Origin: a virus
Lineage: Duplodnaviria; Caudoviricetes
Strand: one strand, 5' to 3'
Virus record (IMG/VR): IMGVR_UViG_3300011008_000027
Location: 35,757-99,756 of that record
DNA length: 64,000 nt
The translations under genes and the position numbers were made by a program. Each line of letters starts with the position of its first letter. The first letter of the stretch is position 1. The notes below the pieces were generated by a model. That model worked only from the letters and a program-made list of their open reading frames with translations, ran no database searches and was not told the DNA's origin. Shown one piece after another: positions 32,014 through 42,889 of this stretch.

Positions 32014-32715
32014 TTATATTTTCTGGATTGCAAATACAGTAAATAGTATTGCACCTATATCATTATTACTTATAGGTATTCCTTCTGTTACACATATCAA
32101 ATCTTTTTTCTTTTCATTATAATTACATATATCTTTTACACTACCAATTCGTATCTCAGCATCTTTTTTAATAGACTTAGTAAATAACTCTTTATCTATT
32201 AAAACCGGGGTATCATTTATATTTACAGATATTTGCATATCATTTGTAATCATATCAACATCAATCGAATCTAACTTAATAAATGAATTATATTCATCAT
32301 ATATTCTATCAATATAAGTTTGATTCTTTAACACTGCATATCTTTCTCGTAAGCCGTTAATAAAGCTCGAATTAGCAAACCTAATGTCTATTACATCATC
32401 TTTTTCTTTTTTATCTTCTAATACGATATATCCTTTCTCTTTAGGTAACATACAACTCTTAGTAACCTTAACATTCTTTAAAGCATCATAAAGACCTTCT
32501 ACTGATATTGCTAAATCTCCGAATGAATTAAGTACTCTTTCTTTATATACAAAGAATCTATCCAAATGTACTATATTATTCTTTTCAAGTTCACCTCTAT
32601 TGATAATATATCCATACGTATCGGATATATTATATAAAGCTATAAGGTTTCTAAATCTCTTATTGAAATCTCTCAATTCGATTAATTTCTTTAAGGTGGG
32701 TTTATCATCAATCAT
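32014..32715 (-). CDS. hypothetical protein downstream of DNA polymerase
   Basis: 233 aa ORF coupled to the polymerase gene. Confidence 0.8.
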   Translation of the reverse strand: MIDDKPTLKKLIELRDFNKRFRNLIALYNISDTYGYIINRGELEKNNIVHLDRFFVYKERVLNSFGDLAISVEGLYDALKNVKVTKSCMLPKEKGYIVLEDKKEKDDVIDIRFANSSFINGLRERYAVLKNQTYIDRIYDEYNSFIKLDSIDVDMITNDMQISVNINDTPVLIDKELFTKSIKKDAEIRIGSVKDICNYNEKKKDLICVTEGIPISNNDIGAILFTVFAIQKI

Positions 32716-32716
32716 A

Positions 32717-34519
32717 TTATTCTAACTCCTTTTCACATTCCGATATTACATCATCAATAGTTGGAAGATTTAGGAAAGTCGATCCGATTTCCTCTATTGC
32801 TCTTTCTGCTATCAATTCTGTAAAATAGTTTTCAGGCGTCAATTTATAATCAGCAACTTCTTGATCTTGTAATATAAGATTATTCATAGGTATTTGTATT
32901 CTATCGTCTTTATGAAAGAATAGTTTACCGACAAGTGTTTCATTAGAAAGATTCATTATACGCATCGAATTTGGATACTCGGATATTATATCAAAATCAA
33001 TAACATGCTCATGAATAAATTGAGATTCTCGTCCGTTAATATAGAACCCAGTTGAATTCATTCGAGTTGGATTCGATACAAATGCACCGTCGAATTGTTT
33101 CTCTTTCTTTTTAGATTCACTATCATCTTCGTCATCGTCATCATAACTATCATTCATAGATGTAGGATCAAAAACCTCTTCATATTCTTCTTTCTTATCG
33201 TATAATATAAACCCTAAATTATCTATATTATCTTTCTTAAACTTGTTACGATTTACACCCATAACATAATTTTGCTCATTAATAAAATTTCTAACGCTAT
33301 TCGTAAGCATAGCTGTGGATGTAAATATCTCATGCGACATCAATCCATCTATTGCAGTTCGTGCATAAAGATCCGATATATCATTAGTGACTTCATGAAT
33401 TCCGCAAAGAAGTAATGTATCTTTTATATTATATTTTACAAACATCTCATAATTCTCATATGGAAGAGTTCGAATAGTCGCTACTTCACTATAATCATAT
33501 TTATCATCTTTTAATTCTTTCTTAGCTATTGCAGAAAGTTTAAGAGATGGTATTTTTGGTCCTGCACTTCTAATACCTGCATACAATACAAGCATATCTA
33601 TAAATACAGGTTTAATAGCTATCTTTATTTTTTCTTTTCTCTTATGAGCTGTGATAGAATCAAGATAATCGAATGAGCAGACCTGTTGACTGAAATTATC
33701 TTTATCCCAGAATACTTCTTTAGGATCATAACCTAAATATTCTACTCGTAATATCATACTTCTTAAGTCGTATGGAAGGTTCCATGCCATAATATAATCA
33801 TTATCATAATATTTGAATATATGAAGAGCTGCTAATATCAATTCAATCTCTCTATCGAAGAAATGCAGTTGATACGTATATTCAGGAAATGTATCTTTAA
33901 ACTCATCTTTCATCTTTTCAATGAATGCATCTTTTTTGTTCTCTAATGATTCTATTTGCGGGTTCTTTGAATTTCTTAAAAATAGACCGTGAACCGATTT
34001 AGAATCATAATCTACATATGATAATGCATTTATCGGAGGTTCGCCTATTGGAGCTATTTCACCCTCAGGAAAATCAATAATATCCGACTCGATATCGAAG
34101 AATCCTACTGATATAGGTTTAGTATCATTATCTCCATAGTATTTTGCAAAATACGCCGCATAAATATTCTCTATAGGAATATCAACTCCGAATACATATG
34201 GTGAATACTTAACTTCATCAGACCTACATTTTAATACCTTAGATAATTCATAGAATCTATCCTTATAAGATACAATATATTCATCGGTTAAAGATCGATC
34301 AATCCAATCTCTATAATGTGTATAGGTTCTAAATTCAGGTTTCGTAATATAGCACTTGATTTGTGGATGTTTAATCTCTTCAACAAACTTTTTATTGAGA
34401 TTACAATCTTTATATACGACATATAATACATCATCTTTCTGCATTCGTTCTCCTTCATAATATATGAAGTTCAATGCCATAAGATTCGCATTAACTCTTG
34501 GCTCACCTAAGAATTTCAT
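32717..34519 (-). CDS. family B DNA polymerase, N-terminal half (3'-5' exonuclease plus motif A) of a split enzyme
   Basis: FFDIESD (ExoI), AWNLPYDL (ExoII), YNIKD (ExoIII), GAFV, DFDIISEYP; motifs B and C absent. Confidence 0.88.
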   Translation of the reverse strand: MKFLGEPRVNANLMALNFIYYEGERMQKDDVLYVVYKDCNLNKKFVEEIKHPQIKCYITKPEFRTYTHYRDWIDRSLTDEYIVSYKDRFYELSKVLKCRSDEVKYSPYVFGVDIPIENIYAAYFAKYYGDNDTKPISVGFFDIESDIIDFPEGEIAPIGEPPINALSYVDYDSKSVHGLFLRNSKNPQIESLENKKDAFIEKMKDEFKDTFPEYTYQLHFFDREIELILAALHIFKYYDNDYIMAWNLPYDLRSMILRVEYLGYDPKEVFWDKDNFSQQVCSFDYLDSITAHKRKEKIKIAIKPVFIDMLVLYAGIRSAGPKIPSLKLSAIAKKELKDDKYDYSEVATIRTLPYENYEMFVKYNIKDTLLLCGIHEVTNDISDLYARTAIDGLMSHEIFTSTAMLTNSVRNFINEQNYVMGVNRNKFKKDNIDNLGFILYDKKEEYEEVFDPTSMNDSYDDDDEDDSESKKKEKQFDGAFVSNPTRMNSTGFYINGRESQFIHEHVIDFDIISEYPNSMRIMNLSNETLVGKLFFHKDDRIQIPMNNLILQDQEVADYKLTPENYFTELIAERAIEEIGSTFLNLPTIDDVISECEKELE

Positions 34520-34647
34520 AAATATCATCACTCCTTTATCTTTTTAGATTTACTTAATTATACATTTAAAGAGTAAAAAATTAGTTAAGGTAAATGATCA
34601 CATTCACCTTAGCTAATTACATTTAAATGATATTTATTTAAAATTAA

Positions 34648-35226
34648 TTATCTGAATCTATTCATAAGATCAATTACAGATCTTTCGCAATAACTGAGAA
34701 TTTCACAAACGGCATGATAAGTATTAAAATCCAGTGTTTGGTCACTTTCATTTTGGGTACTCATATCTTCAGTATGATCATCCTTTTTACCAGCATTCTT
34801 TTTATTGATAATACCATATTCAAAATACGTACTGTGTATAAACCTTAATTTAGTTAAGCATTCTGCTAAAGTCAATCCAGCGATAGTATACATCGGAAGA
34901 CCTCTCTGGTTTGTATGGTATTCGTTAATATCCGTAAATAACCACGATATTTCTTCAAACTTCTTTTCGGCAACTTCGAAGTACTCAGGAAATATTTCTC
35001 GCATTTCATCCAGACAGGCAGGATTATGATATGAAACAAACGCCATTCGAAGAGCATCTATCACTTCTTTAAGTAAGAATAGAGACCATCTATCAATACA
35101 ATATGCTCTTAGACCATATGTCTCATCTTTAAGTGCTTTGGAAAGAGAACCGAACCTCTTATTCACACCATCAACAACGTCTTCTCCATACCTTTCTATA
35201 AAATCTTCTCTACTAAACCTTTTCAT
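34648..35226 (-). CDS. hypothetical protein, paralog of 36193..36708
   Basis: Extensive identity (MKRF.R..FIERYGED..GVN, DETYGLRAY.ID, EMRE.FPEYFE.AEKKFEEIS). Confidence 0.85.
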   Translation of the reverse strand: MKRFSREDFIERYGEDVVDGVNKRFGSLSKALKDETYGLRAYCIDRWSLFLLKEVIDALRMAFVSYHNPACLDEMREIFPEYFEVAEKKFEEISWLFTDINEYHTNQRGLPMYTIAGLTLAECLTKLRFIHSTYFEYGIINKKNAGKKDDHTEDMSTQNESDQTLDFNTYHAVCEILSYCERSVIDLMNRFR

Positions 35227-35265
35227 ATCTAAATACCCCTAGTTATATTTATAAGTTAATAAAAA

Positions 35266-36126
35266 TTACATATAGTCATTCTCATCTTGAAGTATGACAT
35301 ATGGTTTACATAATGTATCATCATTCTCTATCTTATAATTTTCTTTGGATATATATCCTTGACCGTAAAAAAATAAATTTTCAAAAATTGACATAAATAT
35401 ACGTAGAAAATCACTACTTTTATGAGCAGATATAGCATAAGGACCATCAGATTTTTGTCGAACGAAATATATATCATCATTATTATATACACGACTTTCG
35501 ATATCCTTGAGATTATAAAATTTATTAGCATATTTCTTAATATTTGCTCTTCTTTGATCGATATCAGCCTTTTCTATTAGTTGACGAAAGTATTTATACG
35601 TTTTTCTAGCTACAGGATCCGTCGAATCTTTATCATTCTCATAAATAAACACATGTGCCCAATAAAAATCAATCATTAGATCACACAACTCAGCAAAAGA
35701 TATTGTATTACAACACCAAAAATAATCACTGATTTCAGGTTCATTATATTTCGGATCTAATGAAAATTCCTTATATAACTTAAAAAAATTAATAGCTTTA
35801 AAGAAATATATATTTTGCAAGAATGAAAATCGAAACGTTATTTCGAAATTCATTATTTTATTCTTACAGGCATCATAATCAGGACCGCATGTATACCGAC
35901 CTTCACTTCCTAAGACTCTACAAATTTCAGACTTTATAATATCTACGAAATGTCTAAAATTAGCCATTGCATTATTATCAATACCATTAAATCGAAATCC
36001 AAATGTTGGGTCATCTAATATACGGCAATCGTTATAATTAAAAAGTGCGTTAATTCCATCATCATAAAAGTTATACCTTTCTTTCAAAGTCTTTCGTGTA
36101 ATAAATTCGACGTGTAGATTGTTCAT
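35266..36126 (-). CDS. hypothetical protein
   Basis: ORF with AAGGAG RBS. Confidence 0.75.
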   Translation of the reverse strand: MNNLHVEFITRKTLKERYNFYDDGINALFNYNDCRILDDPTFGFRFNGIDNNAMANFRHFVDIIKSEICRVLGSEGRYTCGPDYDACKNKIMNFEITFRFSFLQNIYFFKAINFFKLYKEFSLDPKYNEPEISDYFWCCNTISFAELCDLMIDFYWAHVFIYENDKDSTDPVARKTYKYFRQLIEKADIDQRRANIKKYANKFYNLKDIESRVYNNDDIYFVRQKSDGPYAISAHKSSDFLRIFMSIFENLFFYGQGYISKENYKIENDDTLCKPYVILQDENDYM

Positions 36127-36192
36127 ATTCAACCACTCCTTTATTTTAGATTTATTTAATTATACATTTAAATGATATCTATTTAAAATTTC

Positions 36193-36708
36193 TTATTCGA
36201 ATCGACCGATAAGATCCACAGTCGCCCTTTCACAGTATCCGAGAAAATGCTCAATTCCAATAACTGTATTATCGGTATTAATTATATCGCTTCGATTTAC
36301 GATATATGTATCATCAATAAATCTTAATTTACTTAAGCAATCCTTTAACGACAACCCAGCGATAGTATATATCTCCAACCCTTTTCTCTGGCTTGTGTGG
36401 TACTCAGTAATATCCGTAAGCAGCAATGATATCTCTTCAAACTTCTTTTCAGCAATCTCGAAGTATTCCGGAAAGACCTCTCGCATCTCATTTAAACGAT
36501 CCGGAACTCCATATGAAATAAACACTACACGAAGACTACTAACCAATGCCCATAATAAAAATAAAGCCTGTTTATCAATCGTATATGCTCTAAGACCATA
36601 TGTTTCATCCTCAAGTATCTTAGAAAGAGAACGACATTTAGGATTTACACCATTAACAGCATCCTCCCCATATCGTTCGATAAAAAAATCCCTTGTAAAT
36701 CTTTTCAT
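36193..36708 (-). CDS. hypothetical protein, paralog of 34648..35226
   Basis: See paralog. Confidence 0.85.
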   Translation of the reverse strand: MKRFTRDFFIERYGEDAVNGVNPKCRSLSKILEDETYGLRAYTIDKQALFLLWALVSSLRVVFISYGVPDRLNEMREVFPEYFEIAEKKFEEISLLLTDITEYHTSQRKGLEIYTIAGLSLKDCLSKLRFIDDTYIVNRSDIINTDNTVIGIEHFLGYCERATVDLIGRFE

Positions 36709-36834
36709 AATCAATTCCTCCTATCAAGTCTAAATATTATTTATTTATAATATTATACACGTAATAATATAAATATATTGAGTTTAACATTGAATTAACT
36801 AAATCATCGACAGTAGAAAGGAGTTGTATAATAA

Positions 36835-37869
36835 ATGTCCGAATTAGGTAAGCAATTAGATTTATTATCTAATTTAAGGAATAGTGATGAGTTTGTAATA
36901 CCAGATAATAACTCTAAAGGTATACGACCCGTATCTAAACCTAATATACACACAACTAGTAAAAAGAATAAAAAGAAAAAGACTATTGACGATGTTCTTG
37001 ATGAAACTGACACATTTATCGATTCTCTTAAAGATAAAGACTTTGATTACGATTTCGAAGATTATATAGATGACGCATTAACTTTTGAGGAAGATGAAGA
37101 ATTAAAAACTAATCTTATTGGTATGGGTAGAAAATATGCTCGTACTCATATGGATGATAAAGAAGAATCAGAAATAAATAAAGCATTTGCACCTCAAGAG
37201 AAAGAATTGAATACTCTTATTACTGAACTTAATAAAGATGCCGCAGCTATAGAGAATGATATTAATAAAATGAGGATGTCTCATCAAGGGGTTAATAGAA
37301 AAAATCTAGCTGATATGATTACGGCAAAAAATCAAATTCATAATACGAGATTATCGGCAATAAAGGAAAAGAGTAATATAAAGAAGATTAAGTTTGATAT
37401 CATTACAAAAAAGAATGCAAATAAGAAAGATGATGATGGAGAAGGTATGTCTATACAAAATGCACATCTTCTTCAATCTCTTCTTAATAACGCAGGTTTA
37501 GTAGAATCCGTAGGCGGTAGAGAGAATATGTCAGGTGCTCCAGTATATGATGATGGAGATCCTAATGACGTATTAAACTCTATGGAAAACAATGATGAGT
37601 TCATTAGAAAAAAATATTTCAATAAAGATGTAGATGAGGAAACTGAATCTGACAAATATATCAAATACGAAAATGAAGATGTTCATTATGTACTATTAAT
37701 CGATGAAGAAAAAAATCCAAGTAAAATTATTGCTGAAACAAAGAACGGAGATATACTATCAGATTATCCAGTACCTAGTAATGTAAATGAATTGAACTTT
37801 ATAATAGAACCTGATTCTCAACAGGCTACGGATCAACTCAATAGACAGTATCAAGTACGGTATATTTAA
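36835..37869 (+). CDS. hypothetical coiled-coil protein
   Basis: 344 aa; AAGGAG RBS; AACA-N6-TA at 36786-36797. Confidence 0.82.
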   Translation: MSELGKQLDLLSNLRNSDEFVIPDNNSKGIRPVSKPNIHTTSKKNKKKKTIDDVLDETDTFIDSLKDKDFDYDFEDYIDDALTFEEDEELKTNLIGMGRKYARTHMDDKEESEINKAFAPQEKELNTLITELNKDAAAIENDINKMRMSHQGVNRKNLADMITAKNQIHNTRLSAIKEKSNIKKIKFDIITKKNANKKDDDGEGMSIQNAHLLQSLLNNAGLVESVGGRENMSGAPVYDDGDPNDVLNSMENNDEFIRKKYFNKDVDEETESDKYIKYENEDVHYVLLIDEEKNPSKIIAETKNGDILSDYPVPSNVNELNFIIEPDSQQATDQLNRQYQVRYI

Positions 37870-37930
37870 GAAAAAAATAAAGAGCTACCTATGTAGATAT
37901 AGCGTAGCTCTTTTTTCTATCTTACACAGC

Positions 37931-38590
37931 TCATACGAAGTTCAACTCATCGAGATCGTCGATAATCTCATCGATGTTGATGTCGTCGTTGCTAGACTTA
38001 GAATTGCCTTGCGTTTTCTTAGATAAACGCAAGATCCGATTTTGAATGTCTGATACGTCTTCGGTATCCGCAAAAGCATCTGCGGAACCTGCAACCTTAT
38101 TTGCAGTTTTCGAAACCTGCCATTTGCAGGTTTCTTTATAACGATTAACATTCACGATAAACGACTTCCTCATGAAGAATCCGCCCTTATCGCGCGCTGC
38201 TATTGCAGCGTAAATAGCATACACATCGTTATCGGTATCATACCCGATAGCATCGTGTAACGCTATCTTTTGATCAAGGTATGCAAGTACATCGCGTCTA
38301 TATGACGCAAATAACTTGGTGTTCTTGCCTTTGAATACTCCGAACGGTCCATCCGCTGAGGACCAGAACGAAGTTCCCGTGATGATTGCATCTACCACGG
38401 TTTTCTTCCCGCTTTCATCTTCAACAATCAACCCATGAAAGATGTCGGCAGGGACTGAATTGCCCATGTGGGTATTGACGTACTTCGATTTAGTTTTGAA
38501 TATCGGAGCATTTGATGCTGCTCCATATCCAAGTATCACTGCTTCAATATCCTTTGTAGAACCCTTTTCAGTAAAAAACAAATGTAACAT
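37931..38590 (-). CDS. hypothetical early protein (higher GC)
   Basis: AAGGAGGCGG RBS; early promoter at 38649-38680. Confidence 0.82.
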   Translation of the reverse strand: MLHLFFTEKGSTKDIEAVILGYGAASNAPIFKTKSKYVNTHMGNSVPADIFHGLIVEDESGKKTVVDAIITGTSFWSSADGPFGVFKGKNTKLFASYRRDVLAYLDQKIALHDAIGYDTDNDVYAIYAAIAARDKGGFFMRKSFIVNVNRYKETCKWQVSKTANKVAGSADAFADTEDVSDIQNRILRLSKKTQGNSKSSNDDINIDEIIDDLDELNFV

Positions 38591-38648
38591 ATTACCGCCT
38601 CCTTTAAATTAATTTATGAGATCCGTGATCTCCCGCTATGTTACACTG

Positions 38649-38680
38649 ATATAATATATTTTTGAAATATTAGAAAATGC
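38649..38680 (-). promoter_or_regulatory. putative bipartite early promoter GCATTTT-N7-TTCAAAAATATATTATAT
   Basis: Same spacing as the copies at ~42015, ~50815 and ~51433. Confidence 0.7.
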
Positions 38681-38714
38681 AGTCAGTAAAGCCATTTCAT
38701 AGGCTTTACTGACT
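38681..38714. terminator. terminator
   Basis: AGTCAGTAAAGCC...GGCTTTACTGACT. Confidence 0.7.
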
Positions 38715-38756
38715 TTATTATTAGATATAGGTTAAATACGCATATGGTGCACCCAA

Positions 38757-38933
38757 TTATGATTTTGTATAATCCACATAAGGCGAAACTAGCTCTGAAT
38801 ATTCCCTATATCTTTCTTCTCCGGTCTTTTGATATAATCTGTGCATAAGATATCCCATAAATTCTAAAGCATCTGCAGATTCTTCCACTGTCAATCCTGT
38901 TGTAGCATGCTTTTCATTAATTGTATCACACAT
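38757..38933 (-). CDS. small protein (58 aa, MCDTINEKHATTGL...), below the ORF-track cutoff
   Basis: AAGGAGG RBS directly after the sbcC stop; open to TAA. Confidence 0.7.
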   Translation of the reverse strand: MCDTINEKHATTGLTVEESADALEFMGYLMHRLYQKTGEERYREYSELVSPYVDYTKS

Positions 38934-38952
38934 TGATTTATCCTCCTTAAAT

Positions 38953-41616
38953 TTAATTGACTTTGATAACCTTTACTAATTCTGGGTTATCGACAACTTC
39001 TTCCGTAGTCATAATAATGTTTACGGGATATCCACTAAACGTATCATTATGACTTATTATAAACACCTGTTCTGCTCGTATTAGATTTATATGCTTAAAT
39101 AGTATAGATAAGAACTTATTTCTATCCGATTTATATAACGGACCATCTACCTCATCTAAAAGAGGAATATTCCACTTCTTCATAAATCTCTGCATCAATG
39201 CAAATGATAAAGCAATACTAATGATACTCTGTTCACCTTGTGATGCTTTGGTTATATCATCAACTCGGGTTCCATTAGTATAATATGGTATAGAGAAATC
39301 ATTCTCTTGTATTTCAAAATCTATGATTTCAATACTTCCATTAAATACTTCATATAGCATATCATTAATAGTATCTTTAGTTGTAGATATAAATCTCTTT
39401 ACAAAGATTAGTGGTAAACCATTCTTAGATGACGAAGCTTCTATCATGTATTTAAGATACATTTCTTTTTGAGCTGTTTCTTTATATTCTTTAGTAGTAT
39501 AATCAATATCTTTTAATGTTGATTCTAATTCTCTAATAGATTTAGTTAAAGATATTATATCTAATTCTATAGAATTTAGATCCGATTTTAAAGCTTCTTT
39601 CGTCTTTTCTAATCTATAATATTTAGAAAGATTTTGATTCATTTCAATAAGTTGTGATTCCAATTTTCCAAAACTTTCTTTTTTATTTTTTAGGTTTATT
39701 TTGAGTTCTTCAAGGCTCGAAATCCGATAATATAAGGAGTCTAGATTCTTTAACTCATTTTCTGCCTTATTTAATAAATCTTCCTTGGTGTTTATACTGA
39801 GCTTTATTTCTTTCACAGAGCCCGATATTTGTCGACGTTGAGAGCTTAAATACTCAAAATCATACTTAGAAAATTCATTAAGTTCTGCTCGCATACTTTG
39901 TATTTTTTCTGTAAGAGAATAATATTTTTCTCTCTTTTCACAAAGTTCTAATTTCTCCATTAACTTCTTATGAGAATAGAATTGATTCTCCGGATGTCTT
40001 AATACGTCTAATAGATCATTAACTCTCAATACATCTAATGAATTAAGACGGGATTTAATATCTTTCCAAGATATTTTGAGTTTAACTAATCTATTATATA
40101 TCATGGGATAATCTGAGAACTTATATATTTCTACATCCGTAGATTGAATCTTATTCTCTATCTCAGATAATTCCTTAAGATATTCTTTCTCTGTCTTATC
40201 AGGTTGATTAACAGGATGAGTTTTATAATATGGACAATAATTAGTTTGAGCATCTCTATCTACTGTAGGACACATTGGCGGAGTGTAAACTTTTCCCTCC
40301 GGCACATAGTTAACTAAGAATTTGATATTATTAATAGACCTCTGAAGTTTATATTTATATGCATTTAGTGCTTCTATTTTATTAGCTGCATATTTTAATA
40401 TAGTAGAATCTGATTTATATAATGAATATATTGTATCTTTATTATATCCTAATAAGTCATTTAATTGAGAACCAAACATTTCTAAATCGATAAGAAGATT
40501 TTTAATGAATAGAGAATTTTGTTTACATTCAAATCCTTCTATTCTCTTTTTAAACTCTTCTATAGATTTTATAGCATCATTATATTTATCTTGTAACAGA
40601 GTCATTTGCTCATTATTCTGTATCATTGCTATTTTATCATTTACTTTTCTCAACTCTGAAGATTCCTGTTGATACTGATTATCAAGATGAATTATTTCTT
40701 CTTTAAGAGAGAATATATTAGATTGAAGAGAGCCAATCTTTCTATTTATCTCATCTATATTATATTCAGATGATAACGTTTCTATATTAGATTCATCATT
40801 TTTTATCTCTTCCTCTAATTGATTTACAATATCTCCTAATTCACGTATATGTTGCTTATGTGAATTCAAATCTCGCTTATTTAGTGCTACATACTGCTCT
40901 GCTATGCAAGTATGTATCTTTTCTTTTATTTCATCCCTAGCTGATTCACATGATAAGCATTTAGCAGTTTTTGCTCTTAATTCACTTTCCATATCATCTG
41001 ATTTATGATGTGAAAGAGTTGATAAGCGGTTTCCGAGTACATCCATATGGGCACTTATTTTTCTATGATCTTCTCTAAGAGTTTTATTAAGTAATGCATA
41101 GAACTCAACTTCTGTTAATAAGTTAGCTATATATTTCTTTCTTTCTGTAGAAGTCATATTAATTAGGTTCTGTACGTTAGAACCTAATCTCATTAAAACC
41201 AAATATGTTTGATCAATTTCAAACTCTAATTCTATCATAGTCTTAAACGATGATTGATTACCATTCGGATTTAACTCTTCTCCATTCTTGGTAATATAAC
41301 TCTTAGTAGAATGCTTATCTTTATTAGCAATATATTTATGGGTGATAACATATTTCGTTTCATTATCCTCTATATACAATTGCTTTAATCCGTCTTTTCC
41401 TTCTATTATCTGATCATCCCCATTTCTAATATCAATTGTACCATAATTTGCAAATGGCTGAAGATGACCTAATATGGTAGTTTTGCCTGATCCCATCTTA
41501 CCAATTATAACCGTGATGAGATTATCAAGATTCGATAAATCAATATCTATCTCATACTTATTCATCGACGCTTTTATTGCTTCAAAGTTCTTCAATATTA
41601 ATCGTGTTATCTTCAT
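38953..41616 (-). CDS. sbcC: SbcC/Rad50-like SMC ATPase
   Basis: GKMGSGKT, long coiled coil with central Cys pair, ASQGEQ signature, LLDEVDG, IISH. Confidence 0.93.
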   Translation of the reverse strand: MKITRLILKNFEAIKASMNKYEIDIDLSNLDNLITVIIGKMGSGKTTILGHLQPFANYGTIDIRNGDDQIIEGKDGLKQLYIEDNETKYVITHKYIANKDKHSTKSYITKNGEELNPNGNQSSFKTMIELEFEIDQTYLVLMRLGSNVQNLINMTSTERKKYIANLLTEVEFYALLNKTLREDHRKISAHMDVLGNRLSTLSHHKSDDMESELRAKTAKCLSCESARDEIKEKIHTCIAEQYVALNKRDLNSHKQHIRELGDIVNQLEEEIKNDESNIETLSSEYNIDEINRKIGSLQSNIFSLKEEIIHLDNQYQQESSELRKVNDKIAMIQNNEQMTLLQDKYNDAIKSIEEFKKRIEGFECKQNSLFIKNLLIDLEMFGSQLNDLLGYNKDTIYSLYKSDSTILKYAANKIEALNAYKYKLQRSINNIKFLVNYVPEGKVYTPPMCPTVDRDAQTNYCPYYKTHPVNQPDKTEKEYLKELSEIENKIQSTDVEIYKFSDYPMIYNRLVKLKISWKDIKSRLNSLDVLRVNDLLDVLRHPENQFYSHKKLMEKLELCEKREKYYSLTEKIQSMRAELNEFSKYDFEYLSSQRRQISGSVKEIKLSINTKEDLLNKAENELKNLDSLYYRISSLEELKINLKNKKESFGKLESQLIEMNQNLSKYYRLEKTKEALKSDLNSIELDIISLTKSIRELESTLKDIDYTTKEYKETAQKEMYLKYMIEASSSKNGLPLIFVKRFISTTKDTINDMLYEVFNGSIEIIDFEIQENDFSIPYYTNGTRVDDITKASQGEQSIISIALSFALMQRFMKKWNIPLLDEVDGPLYKSDRNKFLSILFKHINLIRAEQVFIISHNDTFSGYPVNIIMTTEEVVDNPELVKVIKVN

Positions 41617-41728
41617 TTAAGTCCTCCTTATTATTAATGCTTTTCATATCCAATAATATATAGATATAAAAAAAATAAGAAAAAATAATTAGGTTAAGCC
41701 CGACTAATTAAAGTCAGGCTTAATGTTA

Positions 41729-41959
41729 TTAATAACGATTCTTCAATTTAATAAAGAACCATCTAATTTCGTTCAATGCCTCGGCAATGAACATTTGAAT
41801 TTTTTCGACCACGGTGGGTTCTTCAAAATCCCACACGCTAAGTTCACCGTTTGCACGTTTCTCAAGATCTCGTACGATGTTAGGGGGAAGTTCTTCAGTT
41901 CTCTCCCAAACACCAAACTCATCTTCAAAAGTTTCAGTTGTATTCACTTCTGTATTCAT
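41729..41959 (-). CDS. small hypothetical early protein
   Basis: GGAGGT RBS; early promoter at 42015-42046. Confidence 0.75.
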   Translation of the reverse strand: MNTEVNTTETFEDEFGVWERTEELPPNIVRDLEKRANGELSVWDFEEPTVVEKIQMFIAEALNEIRWFFIKLKNRY

Positions 41960-42014
41960 AACGGTACCTCCAGATTTAAAGCCTCCCGGCTATAATTTTA
42001 TTTATTATTCCCTT

Positions 42015-42046
42015 ATATGATATATTTTTGAGATATTTGAAAATAC
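42015..42046 (-). promoter_or_regulatory. putative bipartite early promoter
   Basis: GTATTTT-CAAATAT-CTCAAAAATATATCATAT. Confidence 0.7.
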
Positions 42047-42216
42047 GGAAAAATACAAAATTTAATTACCTTAATTTCTTAAACTAATTACGGAGGTATG
42101 AATATTGTTTATTTTCATAGTTACTCATTCTTACATCTTTAAAAATTATATAAAAAGTTAAAAGATACATAGCTTTATAATTAGCTATGTATCTTTATAT
42201 TTTAATTATCGACTTA

Positions 42217-42477
42217 TTATCGTGGACCAATATTACCTCTTCTGCCTCTTACAGATTTCTCATTAGCGACCATAAGGCTAGGATTATATTTTTTATCTAT
42301 TTTATCAGATACCCCTTTAAATATATCTGTAAGGGCATCATCATAACCCTGTTCAAGTGCAAGTTCATATTCCTCATCCGGAATACTTTCTGCAAGAGAT
42401 TCATAAGCCATATCATCATGCATATCGAGGTTTCTTAAGCAAGCATCAAATCCGTCCAAAAATGCATTTCTACTCAT
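42217..42477 (-). CDS. small acidic-leader family protein
   Basis: NAFLDGF, AYES, ALEQGYDDAL; late promoter 42514-42525. Confidence 0.75.
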   Translation of the reverse strand: MSRNAFLDGFDACLRNLDMHDDMAYESLAESIPDEEYELALEQGYDDALTDIFKGVSDKIDKKYNPSLMVANEKSVRGRRGNIGPR

Positions 42478-42586
42478 AGTTATTTATCTCCTTTCATTTA
42501 TAAAAGTAAATATTAATCAAATGTTTTAGACTCTAATTAAAAACTTATATATAATTTCTATTCGACTAAAAAGAGGAGGTATGTTT

Positions 42587-42871
42587 ATGTACAGCTACTA
42601 CAAAACTCTTGAATCGGAAATGGCTGATAGGCAACATCATGATGAACGAATTAAATCATTAAATGATAAAGCAGAAGAAATCCGAAATAAATCGAAAGAA
42701 TTAGTTAATTCGTCTAAATCTATGAATGGTAAAAATATCCATGCTAATGCAGCTAATAGTGCAATACAAGATATAAATAGATCTAAAAATGTTGCATACA
42801 AAAGATTAGAGAATAGAGGTAATCGCGCAACTGATAGTTATATAATCACATACGAGAAGGTATATATTTAA
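42587..42871 (+). CDS. small protein with MYSYYxTLE leader
   Basis: GAGGAGGT RBS; leader shared with the next gene. Confidence 0.75.
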   Translation: MYSYYKTLESEMADRQHHDERIKSLNDKAEEIRNKSKELVNSSKSMNGKNIHANAANSAIQDINRSKNVAYKRLENRGNRATDSYIITYEKVYI

Positions 42872-42889
42872 TAGGGAGGTGTATAATAC

